Assembly (NCBI GenBank): GCA_965202585.1
Contig: OZ241833.1
Span: 44,330,001 to 44,394,000, forward strand
Source of the DNA: Thalia democratica
Lineage: Eukaryota
Direction: 5' to 3'
DNA: 64,000 nt
The position numbers and the translations under genes are program-made. Shown here piece after piece: positions 49,301 through 54,123 of the stretch (position 1 is its first letter; the number at the start of each line of letters is the position of its first letter). The notes beneath the pieces were generated by a model. It saw nothing but the letters and a program-made list of their open reading frames with translations, was not told the origin of the DNA and searched no databases.

Positions 49301-52300
49301 CGGTTCTTTTTTAGCTGATTGCCTGGGGTCAGGCGGTGAGGTTTTGAAGGGGGATTTTCCCGTAAATAAAACCGCTGCCCCAGGCAACCACAAGTTCGTG
49401 TCGAAGATTCCGAGGTCCAACTTCAACGAGAACTCGAACGTAACGACTCGAAAAGAAATCAAAAAGGAATTATTAGCTACTTTAGAGAAAATATCTGACT
49501 CAACAAACGTATCAACTAGAAGAAAAATGAAAAAGGAATTATTAGTACCTTTGGAAAAAAAATCTGAATCAACAAAGCCAAACGTAAAACCAACAAAGAA
49601 ATCCAAAAAAGAGCCTTCTAATACCGAAAAAGTTCCGAAAAAGCGCGCAAAAATTCTGTCGGTAAAACGAAGCAAGCCACCAGCCCACAAACGGATAATC
49701 GAGATATCGGCGCCGATCAGAAAAGGCAATTATTCGGTGTTGTTATGTATGCTAGGTGGCGTAATAGCGAGCTCGTTTTGTCGCCTGTATGTTTCTCGTT
49801 GTGTTGCCTTGCAGTTGACATATTTCACATCTAGTTGTTTCCATATGAGTAATGTGAACACCGTGTATTCAGTCCCTCATTTGAACTTTTAAGTTTATTG
49901 AATGTATATTGTGTAAGACCTTGTTGTAAACTGTTGTTGCTTGTTTACAGTCGTATAACTTATGTACTTGTTTGTTTTTTTTTTTCAGCATTACTTGTTG
50001 TTTTTTATGCACTAGTAATGGGGCTTTGTTGTAAACTACTGTTGTTTGTTTTGTTTGTGTTGTGTCATTTATGTTGTACTACTATACTTTGTTGCTTTTT
50101 TATTTAATATGATATACTAACCATGATTCAAAAACTTACCAGGCAATATTACTATCAATCTTATGTATGAAAAAGCTTTTTTTGTTTGAACTGTTTAACT
50201 CGTATTGAATCCTTTTAAATGCTTTTTTTGTTTGTAACTTTTTTAGATGTATCCGGCCAAAAAACTGTTAAATGTATATCCGACCAAAACTGAGAAAGTA
50301 CCGTATTATTTTTGGTTTACTGCTATATCTTACTTTTATCCGACCAAATGTACATCAAATCACTGTCAACATTAAAATCTTAGCTTTAAAAAATCAATTA
50401 CTGTTCCAATTAGTTTTTGTTACTTTAACATTAAAAAACATTTGTCAATTTTATCCTACTAAAAAGTATCATTGTCAAAATGTACTGTCTTTTTTCATAC
50501 GAGAAGAAAAAGTTGTTGCAATATCTTTTTACCCAAACACCATTTACTTCGCAGTCATTAATTTCTTCTTATTAGCAAACAAACTAACTTTCCAATTTGA
50601 ACAATTCAGAGGGTCTCAAACCCCAACGAGACGTGAGACCCCAACTCATTCGCGTCGCCACGGGGGTGGGGATCCAGTGGCCGCGGTTGGCAAGGCAACT
50701 GGAAATCCCCGGAGAGAGAGTTAGGAGGATCCAGATGGAGATAGACTCCTCAGATTTCGTGGGTCAGTGCGTTGCCATGTTTGATGCTTGGAAGGAAGGG
50801 AAAGATGAGGGTGATGAGAAAGTTCTTGGTGAGAAATAATTACATTACAGAAATAGACGATAAAATTTAATTAGTTTTGCTTTGTTTATAAGGTATTGTA
50901 TAAATTTTAAAACACATTTATTAAAGTCTCTCTTTGTTTTCATAACTATTTTTGTTAAAAATATTTTAATTATACCAACAAGTATTTTAGTTACACTACT
51001 AAGTATAAAGATACGTTTTTTAACTTTGTTACCTGAAGTTCAGAAAAGTTTGCTTGTTTTATCGAAACAAGCTCTACCAGAACAACTTATTCAAAAATAA
51101 ATATCTTTCATTATTTTATCTATGTAAACATTTGCTGTTAACTTAACTATTTTTTGTAAATATAATAAAAAAAAATTAAGTATTGTTCATATTTTTCCAT
51201 GCTTTAGCTATGCCTTTAGTTTATATACTCTTAACCTTTACAGACACTGAGTTGAAAGATGCACTCACTAAAATCGGTCAAAACGAACTAGCACAAAGCT
51301 TTGATAAAAATGAAAGTGATGAGACATTTGAAGCAAACCAGTCAATATCATTAGACTCTCATGACCTATCAGGTTACAAATACCTTTTATTTTGGCTCTA
51401 ACCATGTGTATAGCTAAAGTTATCGTTTGATTATTAATCCTCTTCGTCTTGTTTTTAATCTATCTAATATTTCGAACATTCTCGCTATTGACAATGTCTT
51501 TGGTTATTATTTATGACAAGTAGTTTCATAATCAAGCTAGCTTTACTCAAACTTGCTTGTATTTTAAACATTTTAATTTTCATAATTCTCCTAAATTTAG
51601 GTTCTGTGAGTAGATTTTTTAGAACTTTTTTTGAATAATTTTTATCATTTAACAGCATTCAACGCATTGGAAGCAGAGTTGGGATCACCTCGATCTAACG
51701 CCAACTTGCACGTCAGTTCTCCTTATCCGCACAGGAAACCCTCTCTACCGCCTCAAGTAGATGTCGACGCTACAAAGGTTTGTGTTGTTAACTGTTAGTT
51801 AAATTACATTAAATGTAAGCTGTTAAATTTTGTAGGTTTAGTTTAAAAACCTGAGTACTTTTCCATACAAGTAACGTCAATAGTTGATAGCTTTAAATAG
51901 TTGCATATAAGTATTTCAAATGTGTGATATTATACTAAGTTTATATTTTTGTAAGTTAAGATCACTAAGACATCAATTTTGTAATGTTTATACCTCTAAA
52001 TTCTCCCACATTATCAACAAAACTAAAAAAAAGAATCGTTTTTCAACGATCAGAACTTTTATACTTACTCTATTTGAAAGGCAGAAATATAAGAATAATC
52101 TAAAAACTTTTATAACTCAAATATTAAATAGTAAAACAAATATTTAAAAACTCTTCATTTTTTTCAAAAGGCTGAAGAAGAAGACGAGAACATCAGTATT
52201 CAGAACGAATCTTCAGTTTGCAGCGGATCAATTACTGGATACGATTCAGATAAACCTCATTTCGTATATCTGCCAGAAAATGAAGGTTAATTAAATAAAA

Positions 52301-54123
52301 TAAATATTTAATGATATTTGAAATTATTTAAGTTTAATGACTGGATACGACTCAGATAAACCTCATTTCGTATATTTGCCCGAAAATAAAGGTAAAAGTT
52401 AATAAACAAAGTATTTAAAGGTATTTCAAATTGTTTAAGTTTAATGACTGAATACGGTTCAGACAAACCTCATTCGTATATTTGCCCGAAAGTAAAGGTA
52501 AAAGTAATTCTTGAATTAAAGTTTTCTGTTTGTTATAAGGATGTAGTATATAGATTAGAATTATTAAGTAAGTCATATATCTAAGGATCAATGAAAAAAG
52601 AAAAAAACATAAAATAAACAAACTTTCAGGTGAGACATCTTCTGCACAGGAAGACGAAAATGGTTCAAGGTTAGTACTTTTTTTGTTTAAACTAAATTAT
52701 AAAGTTTTATCCAACTAACTGAGTATAAATTTGCGCATTGTAAGCCTTTAATTTAGTTCATCATTGTATTTTAGAGTTGTTAAGAAAACGCATATAAATC
52801 AAGCCATAACTAAATTAAACAAACATAACTATTCCATTGTTGTACTTATATTTCAGTCATTTTCTTTTTTTGTTCTCTAGTTATCATAAGGCTATTTGGT
52901 TTTATATAAACATTGTGTTGAAACTTTGTTCTACTTTTAACCAATTTGTTTATTAATTTTTGAAACTGTTAGTAATTTTATTTCAATTAATTTTTTCATC
53001 ACAGCAACGACAGCAATGACAAAAACTCGACAACAAACAGTCAGAACTCGGTGTGCAGCGAAATTAACAACAAAGGTTAGCATGTTTGTTTACAGATTTT
53101 TATATTTTTCTTATCAAAAATCACCAGTATTTGACTTAAGATAGTAGTGTTGAAAACCAGTGTGCTATACTAAGTAGTTTAAAATGTCACAGCCATAAAA
53201 TAAATGTATACTATATTGAGATCTCTTACCGAAAAGCTAACAAAGAAAAGGCTTAAACGATTTTATTTTACAACACATTACAAGCACAAAGTTTATGATT
53301 TGCTTTATTGCTTTTGACACTAAAATTTTACAGTTTTTATTGTTTCTTTGTACTTTGCTATTGGGATTATTAGCTTTAGCCTCTTTAAAGATAATAAAGC
53401 TGCATTGAGAGTGGTCTTGTTTGTCAAAAACAAAACAACAAAAATACAGATATTAAAACTTTAAAGTGTGCATCTTTAAGGTATTTTAAAAAAAAGTTAC
53501 AAGTCTAGTTTGAAGTAAACAAAAACTTCGTGATAGTTTAACATGAATGTTTACTACAAGTACCGTTGTTCCACAGTTATACAATTAGCTAAACACAGTC
53601 TAGTTGAAAACTATAGTTCTGAGATGTTTATATATATATAACTTATTTAACTCCATGGTTTATGATGCAAACTAGCAAAACGTACTAATATATTTTTAGA
53701 AATAGAGAACGAAACGAAGGAAGAGTATGTAGACGCGTCCTTGGAAGATATCCACAAGACAAACTCCGTAGAAGACGAAGGAAACTCTGATGGAGACATC
53801 AACGAAGGGAAGGCAAGCTCCGAGGAAGAAGTCGACATCAGCTCGAGATACACCTTCACAGTTCAGGAGGTTGGTGCTGAAAAAAAACGTTGGTTTTTAT
53901 TATAATATTTTTTTATACAACAATTATCAAAATTAAAGTAAAAATGATATTTTTATTTTAAGTTCTTTCATTAAAAAAGAGAAGTATGCCTTAACTAATA
54001 TTAAATATTAGTTTAATGGGTGTTGTAGAAAATTAGTTTGCTAGCTTTTTTTTTTAAACTAAAGTGAACTTTTAAAACTAAAGTTCAAGTGTTTGATAAT
54101 CAAGTTTTGTATAACAGAAATGA
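1219..54123 (+). CDS. ANK2: Multi-exon canonical ankyrin gene (24 ANK repeats, ZU5-ZU5-UPA, giant exon, death domain, C-terminal tail); likely pro-orthologue of vertebrate ANK1/2/3, most ANK2-like
   Basis: Hand-spliced GT-AG exons join in frame from repeat 1 to the tail. Peptides match ankyrin hallmarks: [69 protein letters not shown]. The 5' and 3' terminal exons are less certain. Confidence 0.96.
4915..5240. promoter_or_regulatory. CpG-rich island, possible proximal promoter or 5'UTR
   Basis: GC- and CpG-rich patch in very AT-rich DNA about 0.9 kb upstream of the candidate first exon at 6140; compositional evidence only. Confidence 0.25.
6140..6187 (+). CDS. ANK2: Candidate proximal first coding exon ([16 protein letters not shown])
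   Basis: AAAAATGG start, 16 codons, consensus donor AAT|GTGAGT, phase 0 into exon 6569. Confidence 0.55.
6569..6670 (+). CDS. ANK2: ANK repeat 1 exon ([34 protein letters not shown])
   Basis: tag|...|gtgagt, 102 nt, phase 0/0. Confidence 0.93.
6716..7138 (+). repeat. Five intronic tandem copies of the last 15 codons plus donor of exon 6569-6670
   Basis: Copies start at 6716, 6793, 6870, 6978 and 7088; each ends in agt/aat followed by gtgagt, gtaagt, gtaaag or gtaaat. Confidence 0.9.
8419..8517 (+). CDS. ANK2: ANK repeat 2 exon ([33 protein letters not shown])
   Basis: cag|...|gtagtt, 99 nt. Confidence 0.95.
9428..9526 (+). CDS. ANK2: ANK repeat 3 exon ([33 protein letters not shown])
   Basis: cag|...|gtttgt, 99 nt. 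Confidence 0.95.
9769..9867 (+). CDS. ANK2: ANK repeat 4 exon ([33 protein letters not shown])
   Basis: cag|...|gtatat, 99 nt. Confidence 0.95.
10167..10352 (+). CDS. ANK2: ANK repeats 5-6 exon ([11 protein letters not shown]...[31 protein letters not shown])
   Basis: cag|...|gtaggt, 186 nt, 62 codons. Confidence 0.96.
10690..10713 (+). CDS. ANK2: 24-nt microexon MMVNRTTE
   Basis: ttttacag|ATGATGGTGAACCGGACTACTGAG|gttagt, phase 0/0; same peptide as the vertebrate ankyrin-B insert between repeats 6 and 7 (from memory). Confidence 0.9.
10889..10987 (+). CDS. ANK2: ANK repeat 7 exon ([33 protein letters not shown])
   Basis: cag|...|gtgagt, 99 nt. Confidence 0.96.
11391..11591 (+). CDS. ANK2: ANK repeats 8-9 exon ([14 protein letters not shown]...TPRLARTK)
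   Basis: cag|...|gtttgt, 201 nt. Confidence 0.95.
11975..12073 (+). CDS. ANK2: ANK repeat 10 exon ([33 protein letters not shown])
   Basis: tag|...|gtaatt, 99 nt. Confidence 0.95.
12311..12409 (+). CDS. ANK2: ANK repeat 11 exon ([33 protein letters not shown])
   Basis: cag|...|gttagt, 99 nt. Confidence 0.95.
13747..13845 (+). CDS. ANK2: ANK repeat 12 exon ([33 protein letters not shown])
   Basis: cag|...|gttagt, 99 nt. Confidence 0.95.
14741..14839 (+). CDS. ANK2: ANK repeat 13 exon ([33 protein letters not shown])
   Basis: cag|...|gtcagt, 99 nt. Confidence 0.95.
15375..15473 (+). CDS. ANK2: ANK repeat 14 exon ([33 protein letters not shown])
   Basis: cag|...|gtgaat, 99 nt. Confidence 0.95.
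16126..16194 (+). CDS. ANK2: ANK repeat 15, first part ([23 protein letters not shown])
   Basis: aag|...|gtgagt, 69 nt; AAG acceptor. Confidence 0.9.
17454..17582 (+). CDS. ANK2: End of ANK repeat 15 plus repeat 16 ([24 protein letters not shown]...LATK)
   Basis: cag|...|gtgggt, 129 nt. Confidence 0.95.
18166..18264 (+). CDS. ANK2: ANK repeat 17 exon ([33 protein letters not shown])
   Basis: cag|...|gtaaga, 99 nt. Confidence 0.95.
18517..18615 (+). CDS. ANK2: ANK repeat 18 exon ([33 protein letters not shown])
   Basis: cag|...|gttttt (weak donor), 99 nt. Confidence 0.93.
18906..19036 (+). CDS. ANK2: ANK repeat 19 plus start of 20 ([14 protein letters not shown]...[10 protein letters not shown])
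   Basis: cag|...AG|gtaatt, 131 nt, ends in phase 2. Confidence 0.93.
19304..19370 (+). CDS. ANK2: End of ANK repeat 20 ([23 protein letters not shown])
   Basis: cag|G...|gttaga, 67 nt, phase 2/0. Confidence 0.92.
20710..20812 (+). CDS. ANK2: ANK repeat 21 exon ([34 protein letters not shown])
   Basis: cag|...TCAG|gtttga, 103 nt, ends in phase 1. Confidence 0.93.
21193..21287 (+). CDS. ANK2: ANK repeat 22 exon ([32 protein letters not shown])
   Basis: cag|GT...|gttaga, 95 nt, phase 1/0. Confidence 0.93.
21590..21688 (+). CDS. ANK2: ANK repeat 23 exon ([33 protein letters not shown])
   Basis: cag|...|gtcagt, 99 nt. Confidence 0.96.
21904..21996 (+). CDS. ANK2: ANK repeat 24 exon ([31 protein letters not shown])
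   Basis: cag|...|gttagt, 93 nt. Confidence 0.95.
23734..23812 (+). CDS. ANK2: Linker exon ([26 protein letters not shown])
   Basis: tag|...G|gtagtg, 79 nt; VPET motif of the ankyrin autoinhibitory linker. Confidence 0.92.
25604..25703 (+). CDS. ANK2: Linker exon ([33 protein letters not shown])
   Basis: cag|...|gtaagt, 100 nt, phase 1/2; KELGDDS motif. Confidence 0.92.
26310..26426 (+). CDS. ANK2: Linker exon ([39 protein letters not shown])
   Basis: cag|...|gttggt, 117 nt, symmetric phase 2/2 (skippable). Confidence 0.8.
26813..27061 (+). CDS. ANK2: ZU5-A exon ([32 protein letters not shown]...GPHGTSFL)
   Basis: cag|...GA|gtgagg, 249 nt; DARGG spectrin-binding motif. Confidence 0.96.
29064..29212 (+). 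CDS. ANK2: ZU5-A exon ([34 protein letters not shown]...)
   Basis: cag|...G|gttgtt, 149 nt, phase 2/1. Confidence 0.95.
29503..29661 (+). repeat. Two intronic copies of the acceptor plus first 18 codons of exon 29714
   Basis: cag|cactaaaagtcggggagaaa at 29503 and cag|cgctcgaagtcggggagaaa at 29606; period about 104 nt. Confidence 0.9.
29714..29928 (+). CDS. ANK2: ZU5-A/ZU5-B exon ([31 protein letters not shown]...[15 protein letters not shown])
   Basis: cag|...|gtaagc, 215 nt, phase 1/0. Confidence 0.95.
30033..30086 (+). repeat. Intronic copy of the last 16 codons plus donor of exon 29714-29928
   Basis: Encodes identical [16 protein letters not shown] followed by gtaagt; 7 differences, all synonymous. 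Confidence 0.92.
30683..30812 (+). CDS. ANK2: ZU5-B exon ([14 protein letters not shown]...[22 protein letters not shown])
   Basis: aag|...G|gtacat, 130 nt. Confidence 0.95.
31054..31125 (+). CDS. ANK2: ZU5-B exon ([24 protein letters not shown])
   Basis: tag|...G|gtattt, 72 nt; LRLLCSI motif. Confidence 0.93.
31333..31429 (+). CDS. ANK2: ZU5-B exon ([32 protein letters not shown])
   Basis: tag|...AG|gtaaat, 97 nt. Confidence 0.96.
31687..31854 (+). CDS. ANK2: ZU5-B/UPA exon ([11 protein letters not shown]...[11 protein letters not shown]...VRVFCTTEK)
   Basis: cag|...AG|gtaatt, 168 nt. Confidence 0.96.
33878..34070 (+). CDS. ANK2: UPA exon ([26 protein letters not shown]...ENQMQMVLK)
   Basis: cag|...|gtttgt, 193 nt. 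Confidence 0.95.
34339..34467 (+). CDS. ANK2: UPA exon ([15 protein letters not shown]...[13 protein letters not shown])
   Basis: cag|...|gtaaat, 129 nt; PCGRL and LNITLP motifs. Confidence 0.95.
35034..35090 (+). CDS. ANK2: 57-nt exon ([19 protein letters not shown])
   Basis: cag|...CAG|gttgtt, phase 0/0, acidic peptide at the expected post-UPA position. Confidence 0.7.
35864..35921 (+). CDS. ANK2: 58-nt exon before the giant exon ([19 protein letters not shown])
   Basis: cag|...G|gtagtt, phase 0/1; supplies the phase needed by both the giant exon and the death-domain exon. Confidence 0.8.
36532..49725 (+). CDS. ANK2: Giant ankyrin exon, about 13.2 kb / 4,400 aa, S/E/D/K-rich and probably largely disordered
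   Basis: Lies in the 4468-aa ORF; acceptor gcatcag|TG in phase 1 at 36532. The 3' end is uncertain: GC donor after 49725, GT donor after 49755, or read-through to the stop at 49892. Confidence 0.9.
40860..41600 (+). repeat. Degenerate coding repeats with KF(S/N/D/G)F(E/D/G) and (V/T)(T/A)SP(K/E) motifs
   Basis: Protein track: KLDFEE, KLNFP, RFSFGE, KFSFES, KFNFES, KFSFDN, KFDFES, KPNFGE, KFGFED interleaved with VTSPK, VASPR, ATSPK, VASPE and VTSPE. Confidence 0.75.
42820..43085 (+). repeat. Two coding copies of an about 39-aa unit ([18 protein letters not shown])
   Basis: cttttgataaagc(a/g)caagtgaacagtca at about 42841 and 42955. Confidence 0.85.
43837..44490 (+). repeat. Two coding copies of an about 110-aa unit ([10 protein letters not shown]...LVENTL)
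   Basis: ctattaatgcagataaaacaaacgatgaaaatg at about 43837 and 44170. Confidence 0.85.
47200..47730 (+). repeat. Coding tandem array of T(Y/C)D(I/M/T)SP units; last three near-identical with an 84-nt period
   Basis: [21 protein letters not shown](D/N)DNPPAN repeats and five earlier TYDxSP variants. Confidence 0.9.
50610..50828 (+). CDS. ANK2: Death domain exon ([33 protein letters not shown]...[11 protein letters not shown]...)
   Basis: cag|AG...G|gtgaga, 219 nt, phase 1/1; W-x-x-LARQL death-domain signature. Confidence 0.93.
51244..51372 (+). CDS. ANK2: Death domain end exon ([20 protein letters not shown]...)
   Basis: cag|...G|gttaca, 129 nt. Confidence 0.88.
51656..51777 (+). CDS. ANK2: C-terminal exon ([41 protein letters not shown])
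   Basis: cag|...|gtttgt, 122 nt, phase 1/0. Confidence 0.82.
52171..52285 (+). CDS. ANK2: C-terminal exon ([38 protein letters not shown])
   Basis: aag|...G|gttaat, 115 nt; 3' end echoed twice. Confidence 0.82.
52340..52503 (+). repeat. Two intronic copies of the last 52 nt plus donor of exon 52171-52285
   Basis: Copies at 52340 and 52447, period 107 nt. Confidence 0.9.
52630..52669 (+). CDS. ANK2: 40-nt C-terminal exon ([13 protein letters not shown])
   Basis: cag|...AG|gttagt, phase 1/2. Confidence 0.72.
53005..53075 (+). CDS. ANK2: 71-nt C-terminal exon ([24 protein letters not shown])
   Basis: cag|...G|gttagc, phase 2/1. Confidence 0.72.
53700..53869 (+). CDS. ANK2: Acidic C-terminal exon ([20 protein letters not shown]...SRYTFTVQE)
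   Basis: tag|...GAG|gttggt, 170 nt, phase 1/0; read-through would stop 12 codons later. Confidence 0.78.
54118..54123 (+). CDS. ANK2: Possible terminal exon start (K-stop), followed by 3'UTR
   Basis: ataacag|AAATGA in phase 0; AATAAA near 54309; no independent support. Confidence 0.3.
   Translation, partial: K

Noticed and set aside
36800-49729. Many antisense and alternate-frame ORFs within the giant exon (e.g. 40664-41611, 45098-45853, 47093-47989)
   Set aside because: Expected shadows of a long low-complexity, repeat-rich or GC-rich frame; the peptides are S/F/L/V-rich mirror images with no domain motifs
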